DNA of 63,416 bases, the filler included, from Choristocarpus tenellus KU-1152 (taxonomy: Eukaryota; Protista; Phaeophyceae): NCBI GenBank assembly GCA_964200185.2. It is 8 parts of 8 records of this genome, joined end to end, with 100 filler letters (N's around TTAATTAATTAA, not from the genome) between each part and the next. Parts side by side here need not be neighbours in the genome. Positions count along the whole stretch, not along the records: positions 33,356 to 45,899 come from CAXNAD020001799.1; positions 46,000 to 50,617 come from CAXNAD020013773.1; positions 50,718 to 53,315 come from CAXNAD020026402.1; positions 53,416 to 57,092 come from CAXNAD020018569.1; 4 more parts are not named here. The stretch is one strand, 5' to 3'. The notes beneath the pieces are model-generated. The model did no database searches, was not told the DNA's origin, and saw only the letters and a list, made by a program, of their open reading frames with translations. Position 1 is the stretch's first letter; every line of letters begins with the position of its first letter. Positions 43,039-57,092 of the stretch are shown here, one piece after another. The position numbers were made by a program, and so were the translations under genes.

Positions 43039-45855
43039 AAGGTACAAGGGTAATAGACACCACCAGAAGAGACACATAAAAATACAAACATACTCACTCC
43101 AGAGCAGCTACGCCACCGCTCGGAGTCCCCAAGTGATGTAGTTGTTCCGAGATATTGTTCTTATCCAAATGCACAGCATCATGCGCTCTCAGTGTCAATT
43201 GGTGTGCTTTTTGCACATGAAATATAATATTACACATCGATCCATCGGTCGAGTTTACTACATTTTTTTTTTGCCACATCTTGCAGGTAAAAAAAAAGAA
43301 AAGGGTCCTTGGACTCTGTGTGTGTGTGGGTTATGATAAAGCTGGTTTCATCCTCTATATTGGACTTTTTATATTTTCACTGAAGAGTGGTGTCAGAACA
43401 GGGAAAGAAAAAACGTCGAACCTCAGGATTGTATCGGATCATCTCGGGTTTGCCTTCCAGCTACCCAAGCAACTAGCTTCACTGCTTCTTCTGCACACAG
43501 AAGATGCTTGAGAGTCCCCTCTATTGTTGGGAGGGGGTGTCCTCACCAAGATGTTTGTTTGCCCTGCAGCTACAGCAATGACACTATCGTTTGAAAATGA
43601 ATGACAAAAGGGTGGGCAATTCAGCATGTGCTGTCTCTTTCCTTACTTGCCCCTAACGCAATGAAGGATTTGTTGCATGCATTTTGTTAACCAAGCAGGG
43701 TAAGTGAAAAGTGTTTTCCACTTGATATGTATGCGTGTATGTATGTGTGTGTGTGTGATTTCCATGTTTAACAAAAAAGAGTGCAAGGAATTATCCTTTT
43801 TTTAGCTGTGATATGTTACACTGTGAGGAATGTAGGACGTATAGAAGTATGTGTTAATGGAAAGCGACAGATGAGCAGTATACTATTACTATTATTGTTT
43901 TCTTGGAAGTCTAAGGGGTCCCAGACCCTTTTGGTCGAAATGTAGTCCAAAGAAGTCAATACACACAGCTTGAGATATGTACAGACACAACTACATCATA
44001 GAACATAAAAAAAAGAAAAAAAGGGATCAAATGTTAAATAATTACACCTGGATGTCACTCTTAAGAAAATATTTATATATATATATATATATATATAAAT
44101 ATATATTGCTCTCTTTCATGATTATTTGAAAGGCAGGCTCTCTTCTTCCGACTTTGTGTATACATAACTACCTGGTTCGCCTTCCAATCACCATTATTAT
44201 AATAATTGGATTTAAAAAAAAAAGAAGCGTTTTTGTTGTGTTATTTAATTTTACGAACAGACTTAATACTGGTGGTGTGGAAATGTTCTCGAATCCCCAA
44301 CTACACAGATCTATATATCTGTATATAACTATATATTGAAAGGTTCAAAACCAGACTGAAATCTAGGGAGGGTAAGAAGAAGAGTAACCCCAGAAAGATT
44401 GAGTCAGAATCACGAAGTAGAACTTCATTCTGAAGTATGCAACACCCGCAATGAACTCACTCACATTGCCAGTAAAAATACTTTTTTTTTAAACTCACGT
44501 TCAGATACGTGTGACTGTTTGGTCCTCGGAAGTGATCCGAGGAGGGGAGCACGATTTGGAGGTGATGCAATAGCTCTTGCAGAGTGCTGTTTGTGATAGA
44601 TCCGAACTTGCATCACTATTAGACTTTCGAAAAGCAGAATAGAAATGATCGTTGCTTCATTGCTCCAATCTCTCTCCCTCTCCCTTCTGTTTCATTCTGA
44701 AGCAGGGAGAGTAGAGCATTGGTGCAATGATTGTGCTCTCTAGAACCTCCAACGCAGTTAGTTACGAGTGCTTTTTCTTCTCTCAGGTACCCTCACCCAC
44801 CTCCATTTTTAGGTAAAACACCTGCCCTCTCTCCTGAATGCCCCTCTCCGATTGACACATATTTGAAAGAGGTAATAGTTATTGTCTCATTTTTGAAAGA
44901 GGTGCACCTCTCTTTGTTAGCGTATGAATGCATTTTCAGAGTGTGAAAGTCAATTATTATACACTGCCAAGGTCTGAGTCAACTCTCAATAGACCAATTT
45001 CAAGGGATACAATAACAGCCGATGGTGATTCATAACATCAAGTATATTCTTGCTGAACAGGGTGGTAGAGGCAACCTGAACTCCCTACAATGCAATACAC
45101 CAATGAACAACAAATCACCATATTCTTGTGGTATAATGAGGATTTTTCCATGTGTGAGAAACACTCTTGCCCAGTACAAGGAGTTAAATCCTTGACATGG
45201 GTGAAACACAAGCAAAGCTTGTTTTGACCATCCTCACCACCTGAATGGGCTACAGGTAAAATATTATCTGTACATGTGAATCGATAAAACAAGTGGTAAG
45301 TATATTTGTGTACTCCCAAAGACTACAGGTAGTACATCGGTGTGGAAATTGGAGTTGCACACCATTCACTGGCATCAATTCATACATGAGACACTCGGAC
45401 AAATCCTACAGGTAAAAGGTACCATCACAAGTAAGGTACCATCACAGGCAAGATACCAGCAGTCACAGATGATTCGCACACGTACTTCCTCACAGCTCGC
45501 CAACAACTTCAAGATACAAGCGGTTCAAAAATGTTCCTAAACGTTGACCCTACTCATATGTGAGATATTGTACCAGCTCTAACTCATCAGTGAGATAAAA
45601 CATGCAGAACACTACGAGTTCAAGTAGTGGGTATACTAAAGCACCTTTTCTTACTCCCTTTGTCCTAATTCCCCTAGCAAAAACATACTCACCCTCTCAA
45701 TGTTAACATGACATGATCACCATAATGACACGAGCATCCTCCAAAATGACACTGAAGAAGAACAGTGGATTGCTAATCTCGACAAAAATCCTTAAGTACA
45801 AGCATAGCTGTTTTCAGAATTTTTTAAAAAATGCTTCTAGAAAAAAATGTGTGTA

Positions 45856-45899
45856 GGCTCAAAGTATCTGGGGGGGGGGGGTTGGCGGCTGTCCATTTG
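45856..45899. mobile_element. MITE subfamily 2 end at a contig break (also 33187-33217 and 60446-60481)
   Basis: GGCTCAAAGTATCTGGGGGGGGGGGGTTGGCGGCTGTCCATTTG. Confidence 0.8.
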
Positions 45900-46685
45900 N
45901 NNNNNNNNNNNNNNNNNNNNNNNNNNNNNNNNNNNNNNNNNNNTTAATTAATTAANNNNNNNNNNNNNNNNNNNNNNNNNNNNNNNNNNNNNNNNNNNNA
46001 TGGCTTCCACTTTATTCCCCTACCAGCAGCGTACTCTACTGCTGTATATGGTAGCATGACTCAGGAAGAAAGGCGCTTTTCGCGAGAAATTTTACGCGCG
46101 CGCCAACCTCGCGCGTATATCTCTGGGATTTTGTGCCAAATCGCCCCAATACGATCATTCCGGTACAAAAGTCTAATTTTTTTAGCATGTCGAAAATGTC
46201 GGTACAAATTTGCGTATTTTTCGATTTGGTTCATAATATTTGGTCCAAAATAGGGGTACCTACTGTATAGATCGTGGTTCCGTCCATCAAATCAATCAAT
46301 TCTGCACCCCCTCGCATCAATCAATTGGAGAGTTTCTGTTCCTATCAAAACTAAGATTACTCCATAACATTCCACTTGTCCTTTGCAAACACAAAAATGT
46401 AGTTTCTCTATAATATTCTTCCATTTTCCCTAATATCTCCAAAATGAGAGGTCAAATATGTTTTGTTCTTAGTGGATAGGTAAGAGGAGGTTTCTGTGAA
46501 AAATAGTTCTGACAATATGCAAATAAAATATTGTTATATAATTTGAACAAAAGGTTCCTGTTAATCCAATCGAAACTTGTGGCTTGTTCTCTTCCTTTAC
46601 CTATCATCACCTGTGCTGAGGAAGTGGAATTTGCAAGTTGTAGTGGACCTAGAGGTCGACGCTGTTGAGGCGAGAGGTGTTTACA

Positions 46686-49029
46686 ATGTGGCAAACATGG
46701 CAGCGAAACTGCACATGTCCTTGGTCGACAAAGAAGATTTCATTCCCGTTCATCGTCGTGACAGTTTTCATTCTCATGGGATACCAACGTTTACGCCTCT
46801 CACGAGACGAGGGACCACTAAGGCTCAAAAAGCGACTAAATGTCTCGGAGATAGGCTCAGGGATGAATGGTAAAGTGCATGCTTTTGAACCTGGAAAGGT
46901 TCTCGATACAGAGGAAAAAACGTCAGGGAAACTTACCTATGTCCATGACCGACGAGCTTCTGCAATATTGAAGGGAACAGGATGGGCAAAACAGCAGCGA
47001 AGGGAGGCAGAGATAGAAGGTCGGGTCAAGGTGAGCGAATGAGTTTGCGGATATGCGCCATTTGAAACTGACGTCTGCGTTGGCAATGTTGAAGGGAGAA
47101 TAAAGGGGAAAAAAAAATTCGTTGGAAGTGAAATGGACTACCTTGTCGAGGTGTACCTACGAAGTTGTCCTCTACCTTCCTAGTTCCCCTACGAAATCCT
47201 CCTCAAAGGCAGAGGACAGCTACTCACCATTGCATTGTGTTATCGCCTTATTGTTTAATACTCTGGAGTAGTAATGAAGACTGAGAACGCGATAGTGGAG
47301 CCACCTAATTGTTCAGTTCTCAATTGAGGATCGCTTGGTGGTGAGGCTGTCTTAGGATACAATAGATGGAGAAGTACAGAGTAATCCTCCCACTCAGAGC
47401 AGAATGTTGTCTCCCTGATTCTGTAGTTGTCAACGCTGAACACTTCAATAGGTAGTAGCATATATCTACACTTCAATCTGCAACATAGCTTACCCCACCC
47501 GCCAACTAGCCCCCATCACTTGAGACTACAAGAAGGAACACTGTGCAAGTACCTAGTAGCATGCAATTATATCCGCTGATCTTTCTCTCTTGGTCCTCGT
47601 AGAGGCATCAACTGCGACTTCTGTGTACAAGCTCCGATTTGTGGATTGCCCAAACACTCACAGGTTCATGATTTGCTGAAGTACTACGATAATTTCACCT
47701 CCTATGTAATCGAATCACGGCGAAGTGAATCCATTACACCGCTGCCGTTGGTGCGGTCCTTTGGAGAACATCAGTTGGTGACAATTCCCCTTCTCATCAT
47801 TATTGGAGCTCAGGCAAGAACGTCATAGGGTACGGATATATTTTGTTTGTCTTCTGTTTTTTAGGGAGTAGACTAGGGGTTTGCTTCAAATGCTCCAAAT
47901 ACTAATTTGATAAATCCGTTTTTTGTTCGCTTTTGTCCATTGTACCTCAGCATCAGTTTGGTCACCAATTCCCTCTCATGCTCGTGCCAAGTGTGTTCCT
48001 GTTGTGCTGCACCAGCATATGAACTTTTCCAGACTGCAGCTGAAACCAGTTTCGCAATATGCACAGTTGCATTCCACCAACCGAAATTATCACACACCGT
48101 TTCAATTGCATAGCATTTGTAAAGAAAGCAACACCATGCCACTTTTAGGCAAAAGGTGTTGCTATTTTTTCCTCCCGACAAGAGGGACCCTATCTCTTGT
48201 TTAGTGTTACCCACTTCTTGATGGCTCTGCTAGTCATTTCTTTACCTTGACTTCACCCTTCACAAAACAATTAATATTGTATACTCCACTCATGTCGACT
48301 AGTCCAGTTGATATTCTTGGGGCATAGAACAAATTCTGGCAAACCCTCACAAACACACATATTATTTACACATGTGATTGATCTAGAGTGTTACGGAGGC
48401 ATACCAACTTTAATCCAAATATGAGAACATCAATAAAATGGAATATAGAAGTCTATATTGAGAGGGGGTAAGGGAATCTTACACTCAATAAGCAAATTGT
48501 CCACACTAACCAAATACGATTTATATACATGTAATGTATGCAAAAACAGAGTTGGGCCAGATTGATTCATTTTACATCCTCCCCTAGCCCTTAATCACAC
48601 CACAGCCTTGATGACACCTAAGAACAAATAAGTATGGTTCTCTGTACATCAACACACGACAGTATATCCTTGATTGTATTGGACACAAACAATTATCTGT
48701 ACAATTAAGTTTTGCAACCAAAGACCGACTTAGAAACCCCATATCTGTTTTCTGTACACTGTAGTAGTCCTATACATAGATAACAAGCATTTCGAAGAAA
48801 GGTGATGAAGGTTCTTGCCTCTCCAATCCACTGCACTTTGGAAATAGACACCCAGTCCTCTTCCATACCCATCCCACTTCCTCGTCATTCGTATCTTTGT
48901 TTTTTTTTCTCCTGTATCACTATGTGTACAGAAAGGAGGCACTACAAGCTTGCTCACAAACCTGTTGAACCATCCTCTCGTCTGTGGGGTGCCGAATGAG
49001 GTTCATTTCTTTGACCGGAGCCCATACAT
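46686..49029 (+). CDS. Type II membrane PAPS-dependent sulfotransferase (HS3ST/NDST-like ST domain), 5' part only
   Basis: Exons 46686-47030 (N-terminal TM ISFPFIVVTVFILMGY), 47664-47813 and 48932-49029. The spliced 5'-PSB motif is IPLLIIIGAQ|KGGTTSL..L..HP....NEVHFFD. The second donor is GC. Later exons were not found before the contig end. Confidence 0.85.
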
Positions 49030-49641
49030 GTGAGGGAGCCGTTGGACCCCTGCTACCGTAAATTGTAACGTTTTTGTCAAAAAAAAACTAGAATAATACT
49101 ACATTGAACTTAGAGCCATACTATCCAAGAAGTATGAACTTTTTGGTTCTATATTGCATGGTGTTTGTTGACCCTTGTGTAACACATACTATTTTCATGT
49201 TTTTTGTGTAAAATGGATTTCCCAAAAACGAGCGTGTCACTTCATAAGTAAGGTAAACAGAAAATTCTCCACAATGTGGAAAAGGATGTTTTCATAATGT
49301 ACTACTTCATCAATGGAAATACTTGTTTTTTCTGACTCCCTTGAGGTTAGCCTGAATCGCTTGCAGCATGTACCCAAAGATCAAGACATCGATTGGTGTG
49401 ACCTTCCCACTTGTGGGATAGAGCCAATATCAGTGGCCCAAGGGTTTATCGCATATAAACCATTTCCTGTTGCTTCGTGTGGGTCGACACTATAAATTTT
49501 ATGCGGTTCTAAGTATCTGGCAACCAATAATTGAGGCTTCTGCTGGTCATTCCCTTTGACTCTCCCTTGAACATATGGCCATAAGTATTCCACACATGAA
49601 GCCCGAGTTGGCACGAAATGCACCAAACAACCCCTGCTGGC

Positions 49642-49823
49642 GAGTCAAAGTGTTTGGGAGGGGGGGTTGCGGCTGTCCATTTGGGGCCCATGTTTCCATG
49701 TTGCGATTTTTGGGTGATTTGGTTTCATTTGTCGGATGGATAATGTAAGTGCACTTTTCCTCGTCAGGGTCCAAATGGACACCTTGGTGTAGACACCCAC
49801 CCAACCCCCAGATACTTTGAACC
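49642..49823. mobile_element. MITE subfamily 2, full copy (inverted relative to 10320)
   Basis: GAGTCAAAGTGTTTGGGAGGG...GGATGGATAATGTAAGTGCACTTTTCC...CCCCCAGATACTTTGAACC. Confidence 0.88.
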
Positions 49824-51800
49824 TGGTTATGTGCACAGCTGTTTGGGTATGTATGTGAGGCTGAGAGTCAATCCTGGAAACGCATGAGGCATTGGGGACT
49901 GAGTGGATGCTGAAAGCTACTGTTTCGAACTGTGCTCAATTTGAGCTAGAGCCAGTGCAACCTGCAGCCAAGAGACCATGTTTTTGGTGTTGTGTGGTTG
50001 ATGTGATCATATACACAAGTTGGAGACCTGATACTGGTAGTGTGCTGGATGGTAGGAATATGAGTAGATAACTTTTCATTTTGTATTGGGCAAGTGGTGG
50101 CATGTTTGTAAGTGGATCAAGAGTCATTGATAAGGGCTACTTTTGAGGCAAGGGGGATTGACACCCACATGAATATAGGTGGACATCAAAAGACTGATAG
50201 CAATTCGTAATATACTTCTAAAATATATATACTTGTGGTAAATATTGCATAGAAAACATTGGCTCAGTAGATAAAGCCATTTCATTAGTGTTGCAACCAT
50301 TATTGCCTTTTATTATACTATTAGATAATCCTTGTTAAGAATATGCTTTTTATTCATATGCCAAATATAATTCTGTGGGAGAAACATTTAGTTGTTGAAG
50401 TATTGTTGGATAATGAAAATATTGTCCGCGGGTTATTATAATATAGCCCAATAGTATGTCTTTTTTAGGTGACAACTAAAATATTGTCTGCGGGTTATTT
50501 TAGTACAACGGATTGAATGACGGGTTATTAGAGAATATGTGAATCGTAAGGTGATGACCCCCTTTGAGCTTGGAGGCTCTCTCTCCTTTCTTACACCTTC
50601 CTTACTTCATGTACAACNNNNNNNNNNNNNNNNNNNNNNNNNNNNNNNNNNNNNNNNNNNNTTAATTAATTAANNNNNNNNNNNNNNNNNNNNNNNNNNN
50701 NNNNNNNNNNNNNNNNNCAGCTTCCATGCAGCATCATCAAAATACACGGTTCCCACACCATTACATGACAGGCATTCAAATGACAGTCAAGCTGGCCTTC
50801 ATTCTTCCCAATTCATTGTCTGAGGTCTCAGATTTGACATGTATCTTGGATCGATACGAATTGACCCTAATCTAAACAAACTGCAAACGCCTACGAACAC
50901 CTAAGGCCAAGAACACCCAAACGCAACAAGTCAAAAACAAAAACTCAAAACATGGATAAGACAACCCTGGCTTGCCCCTCTGTAGGTATTGTACCTGCCA
51001 CAGAGTTCTCAAAAACTGAATGGAAGACGATTGTCTGTACTGGGACCCTACAACTCAAGCAGGAGTTACAAGGAAACAACCTCCTGGAGCTGGAATTTGC
51101 CTTGGGACGAAAGAAGACAAAACGATGGCAGGACCACAAGGACGGGGTTCGTGGGCTTGGAAACGGAAACGTACAACAAGAGGCGCAACAAAGGTCGGCG
51201 GTTGAAACAACCCTTGCCTCAATTGAGCCGTTCCTTTGAAAAGAATCTTGAGAAGCACCCTATCCAAGGCCCCAAGGATCTTGACGCTCCCACTACAAGG
51301 TCGACCTGGTCCGCACCAAGTAAGCACTTCCGTTAGCACTCTCCGTGTTCAACTGCACTAGTGGGAGGTCTCTTTTATTTGAGGAACTGCTCTTGTAAGG
51401 GGCGAGTTTTTTATTGTCGAATAGTTACAATTTCCCTCTACAGTATAGTGAAACGGCAGCGACAATGTACAGTTGGGATTATAGTGTGGTCTCCTCCAAT
51501 GGAGCACTCGTCCAGAAATTTCCACCAATCAATCATGGTTGTGTCGCTCTGTTGAGATTAGAAGTTAGAAACTTCACTCTTAATTCAGCCTCGGTCCTCC
51601 CTATTGGATGTCAACATGGGCGAGCATCTTACTGTTGTGAAGGGAATGAGGGAAGGTCAGGTCGTGGTCGGCAATGCCTGGGTCGTTCCGGTTTGAATAT
51701 TGATCTCGTGTTCTTCTCCTACTTCTCTCTGGTTTATCCTCGGTGGGGGAACCCACCTGTGGAATCGGTCTCCACCCCTGGGAAGGTCAGTTCATCTTGA

Positions 51801-53315
51801 ATGCCCACTGTGAGTCTCGAGTCTTTCCTGTCGGAGTTTGGCGAGCGTAAGATGTCTGTACACGTTTACGTGGCGGAAGTGAACCCGCAACCGTTCACGG
51901 ACTCGGAGTCTACTGGACGGTGAGACTGACACTGAATGGAAAATATGGTTGTACCGAGTGATAGGGAAACCTTTTGCACAAGAGAGAAAGTTAGCACAAA
52001 TTGCAGTGATGATCTTTTGCACTGCTCAGGGGTTTCAAATGTTGTGCAGAAGGTACGTTATGGGTTCCAATGCCCAACCTTGCTGAAATTTCAGAAGGAA
52101 AATTGGTGCAATGCTTGTTCAAACCCTCCCATCCCTGTGGAAGCACGTTTTGAACACCTCGTCAAATTTTCGAAACAGGACAACTAATGCCTAACACAAA
52201 CTGGCAACCTCTGTTGAGTATCCATGAGAAGTACTTGAAAATGTAGGTACTTGAAACATAACGTGCTGATGCAAAGTTTTGCTGCCTTGTAAATCCGAGT
52301 GGAATGGTCAATATGAGTAGGGTCGCTATGTTCCTTCAGCCATACAGTCAGATTGATCCATTGATCTTGTATCCCAAGGTGAATGTGAGGCAAGATTGAA
52401 ATATTGGTACTTGCACCTATTCATGGTGGCCACATTTGAGGAGGATGGAGAATCTATATAGTGATGGGGTTTGAAGCACTGCCTTCACTTGCAAACACTA
52501 GGAGAATGTACGAGAACAGGTAAGCTCATCTATTGTCAGTTCCCCTGGTTGGTACTGTTACCATTACATCTCTTCATGGATATGCCCAGCAACCCTGATC
52601 CGGTGTGTTAGGCAAGGATGTAACCCTGACATTACTATATATGGCTCATTGCAGATGTTGCTGAAAGATGAGAAGTCCGTGGAGCAGCCCCTCGATTTTG
52701 CTCTACCAGCAGCAGTACCCAAGGTGGCGGTGCACACCCAACCAATCATAACCATTCAGAACATGCAACCCCACACACCCTCTTATTAATGGCTAATTTT
52801 AATCCAGGAGCATCGTTGTTTCTGGAAGTACCGTGGTACTTTCCTCATTTTGCCTAGTGTTTTGAAGTTCAAATGGTCCAGTACACCTTGTTCAGGACCC
52901 CAAGCCATTGTGTCTCTTTTTTCTCTTCTGTATGTCAATAATGATTGTCGATTCAAATTGAAGAACGCAAGCCATATCCCAGTCTTCCCCCATGATAATG
53001 AGGTTGATATATTGTTTTCATCTTTACTTTTCTTTTTCCTTCTTGTCTCAGGTGTTGTATTGCAAGCCACCTTTCAACAACTCTTGGGAGCTCACAGTGA
53101 TCATCAAACTTCACACGTGCAACCTTACCTACATGCTCTCTCTCTCTGTCTCTGTCTGACCCGGGTAAGCTCAAACGGAATTTGGAAAAGGCATTTGGCA
53201 CACTGTCCAGGTGGTACCCATCCTTCTGGAGGGGGGACAGGGCCGTTGAAAGGAGTAGTGCAAAATCGAGGCCAAATATGATGTTCTTGCACACTCGATC
53301 GTCAGTACTTCAAAG
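51801..53315 (+). CDS. Possible exons of an unidentified spliced gene
   Basis: Exon-like segments MPTVSLESFLSEFGERKMSVHVYVAEVNPQPFTDSESTG|gtgaga (51801-51919), cag|MLLKDEKSVEQPLDFALPAAVPK|gt (~52655-52723) and a cag acceptor at ~53051. I could not join the phases confidently and recognised no family. Confidence 0.25.
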
Positions 53316-53699
53316 NNNNNNNNNNNNNNNNNNNNNNNNNNNNNNNNNNNNNNNNNNNNTTAATTAATTAANNNNNNNNNNNNNNNNNNNNNNNNNNNNN
53401 NNNNNNNNNNNNNNNCCCCTATATGACACTATCAATATGGCAATTAGACTCAACAGGGGTAGTAATGTATCGTTTTATCAAACCCTCTGGGCCATGATGT
53501 AATTCACGTGGATGTTTTCGCCCCTTGATAAACAGGGTAACAGGGTAGGCCGAGGACTAAGTCAAAGTATATGAGAGGTACCTAGGTTTTGACTCTTCTT
53601 CCTTTTAAGTAAGTTTTTCAATCTTTTGAAATTCATCCATATTTCTATCAGTGAAGTGCTAAGCTTGGCATGAGGGCATTGATTTCCCTTTGACATAAA

Positions 53700-55750
53700 A
53701 ACTTATCGACAGAACTTGTATAATTTCCTATACGAATAAAAAAAATAGTCGAATTTTACACATATTTGTTAGGATCCTCAAATTACCACTCTGGCCACCT
53801 CTTTGTTTACTTTGACTCATTACTGTATTTTAGCATAGTTGTGCTAGATGGGAGAGATATGCTTAAACATAGGTATAACTTGATGTGCTTGATGTGCGAA
53901 GAGCCAGAGGTGGATGCCTTCCATTGTTTCGAGGGGGTGTTACGGAAGAAGCATCATATGGTCGCAGAATATTCACAGGGACATAGCACAACAGTGTCAA
54001 GAGCGTCTTCTTGAGACAACAGAGTGCTTCATGCACCGAACCAATGCCTATAAAGACACAGATATTGTTGTGCATGGTTATTTTGAAGCATCGTTCAATA
54101 CTCAAATTCATTTTCACGGACCACTTCATTCCTGAAAGTATCCTGTCACGTGTTAATTGGTAAAAGGCGCCCACTTTTGTGTATTGTACATCAGTCGCAT
54201 AGTACTTGAGTGTATTTTGAACTTTTTCTACGTTTTCTATAGTATGGTCGACTTTCTACCTTACGGGAACATGTACTCAACAGAATTAAGGATGAAGTGC
54301 GTTGAATGTTTTTTGTGAATCAAACCTCGTGATTAACTGCCAATTTCAAAGGTTGATGCTCTAGTGGGGTGATAAACTCCATTCCAGAGCATGGCCTAGA
54401 CAGAGGCGAGATAGTCGACTCTTTATGGTAGTCACACATTTACACTGTGATTCCTAAATCGTACATTCTGCCAAGAATGCTCTGCAAAAGTGCTTCTTTT
54501 AGGTTATGCTGCACGACTCATAGATTGAGGATATATATTGCATCAAGTCTCCAAGCATGTCAGGCTATTCCTTGCAGTTATGGAAAGGCCAGTGAAAAAA
54601 CTGCGTTGGCCTCAACAATAGAGAAAAACTATAATTGCTTTATAATCCTTAGCCGTGACTGGATACATTCCAGCATCCTTTGAAATCACTCACATATCAC
54701 ATATAATACACATTTTTGCCAAATCTCCCCAACAAGCAGAAGTGAAGTAGTGAATATGCACGGTTGCAATTTTCTGCTTCGACGTACAACATCATCCGGA
54801 TTTAATAGGGATAGATGTAAAAAAAAAAGGTGAGGCTGTTATACTTCGAAGCATAACATTTAGATAAATGAAGCACACACAATTTGGAGACAGGCGATGG
54901 GAACAGTTGTGTTGGTGTACTACGAACCTCGAGGTATGTCTGTCTCATCATTAAAATCTATGTACGACTGCTTCCTTGTGGAAAAGGTCTAGTGAAATAA
55001 TGTACTTTTGGGATGTCAATGAATTCCCTTGAGTGTACACTACTAAAAGAAAATATGAAACACATATTTAGTGAAACGTGAAAAACGCTGTTATTCGCGA
55101 CACCTGCCTGTAGCCCACGAATCGATGAATACTACCAACACTCAGAAAATAAAGACCAAGTCACAACAGTAGGAGTGCTGTGCAGAGCTTTGGCTGCTAT
55201 GATACACTGGTACGTGATGCAACTGTCGCGGAGAGGAATCTCTACTGCACATACAAATAATGACCACACTTCTGAAATCCCAGTGCAACGGCTCACGACA
55301 ACAGAAGTGTTGGTACTGTAGTGGTGTTGTTGCGAGAAACAGTCTGCTTTGTAAGTAGAAGTCCAGTTCAGTCGAAATTTCCATTATTCCATTTGTACAT
55401 TGTATGCGAACCTTTGCACAGTGGACGAAACAATGACCCATTTGTTTTAATGGACAAAATTTTACCGCGCTGTCTGTATGTAAACACTCATACGTTAAAA
55501 AATATATCCGACCAATCAAACCCGCTCATTTTGGTGGATAAAAATAAGTCGACGTTTCGTGCTGTCAGCAAATATTAGAAAATTCATGTGGACCACCATC
55601 ATAGAATCACATCTTGTTATTGGTTATCGCAGTGCACAACACCCGGAGTTCCGAATGGAGTCCTGTCTCGAGCCCATTCATTCCCTTAGTTCGAGCACCT
55701 TCCTTCTTAAGAAAAACGTCGGGATGAAACAGGCACTACAAACTTTGTTG
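53700..55750 (-). pseudogene. Probable CACTA/EnSpm (tnp2-like) transposase remnant
   Basis: Ordered minus-strand fragments: DSIRNSGCCA (like DxCxNxCC), DIPRGS.YTNTTVPIAC (like NLPPxxRY...N), CWGDLAKMCYICDM...MYP (like GDxPA...GH..PCxxC), SRVQHNLKEALL (like DxMHNLxEG) and YLSHLAQLC (like HxLxHLxxxI..GP). Very degenerate. Confidence 0.4.
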
Positions 55751-56459
55751 GGCGCACAAGAAATATCGTGCAACAAATCGGTGTGTATCCACACCATAGA
55801 GGCTACTCGATTCCTCAAGTCCTAAGGAATTGCTGTTCGCAGGAGAAAATGCTGTGAGTCCAATCGACTACCGCAAGGCATCCCACTTCGTCAGAGGGCA
55901 CGCGAGTACGGGTACAAGGACGAGAGAGGAGGAGAGGGAACTTTCGGTCCGTGTGAGGCGATGTGCTCGGACGTATTTGAAGGAACGACTGGGGATGGCG
56001 AAACGATGAGGTGGGCACAGAGGTAGATAGAGTAGTCGGCGTATTATAAAAACTAGCCCAACAATGATCCTCGCTCTGCAAACTCTGCAAAATGATGATG
56101 GGTGGTGTGTACTTAGCCGTGTCGACCGCTTCTGGTTTGCTGCATTGTCACAAAGAGAGAAGCGAATACGCGAGGAGAGGACGCACAAAGAAGACCGTTT
56201 CGAGTTTGCATTATAAATACTACATCATCAAACATAGGACCATTAACAATATTGAAGTAGTATTTAGTCCAAATCTTCTTTTTCAGATTTTCGATGTAGA
56301 CACCACACACTTCATTAATGAAGATAGAGTAATGAGAGAAAATGAAAAGTGAGAAAAAAGTTGAAAAGTGATCGTTGACAATTAATTACGCGGTGAAGTC
56401 AAGATCTTCGAAGATCGACGAAACTAAGGTTGTCGGAGAAGTGTCATCGCTTGCCAGAG

Positions 56460-57092
56460 TCACTCACAATCTCGGAAGGGCTTTGAGAGAGGACCCATCG
56501 GAACATCGAAACTCTTCTTGATTGACTATCATGGCTTTTATGAGGGTAAGCCAAGAATATTATTGTGCAGGCCAGTAAGAAGAAAGACATCGGTCGACAT
56601 CAAATAATACCAAGGGAACATGGCTGGTTCCATGTTTATGAATCTAAATCTGGATGGTAGTGGTATGGAGGAAGCAGGACTACTTCCATCCCACACAGGG
56701 TTACACTCACTCGGGACTATATATCAAGATTGCTTCTGGTTTTTCTGGCAAGAGGGATATCAATTTGTGCCTTCGGGATATCTATCTGGTGGTGACAAAC
56801 ACGCCACAATAAGGGACAGTCATCCGTAGTTGGGGTCGATGTGCGCCTCAGGATGTTCCATCTCGGACGAGCCCGGGTACCCCGGGTTGATTGAGTCCCA
56901 CCAGACCCTGCACACCAGTTAGTTGGGTGGATGCAGGTTGCAAGGGGCTCATCAATCCTGGCGTAACATGTCCTTTCAAGAGGTAACATCTTCTGATACA
57001 GGTCGGCCCCAGGGAGGATGGGAGTTGCTACTGTTGTTCCGAGGTGTGTGGTCAAGGATGTGCCCCTGAAACGGATGCCATGTATGCAGTGG
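56460..57092 (-). pseudogene. RLE/CRE-like LINE RT fragment
   Basis: LYQKMLPLERTCYA...GTQSTRG (like PxLxPxVAKCY...SxxGVQQGDP) and FDVDRCLS (degraded YMDD region). Confidence 0.4.
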
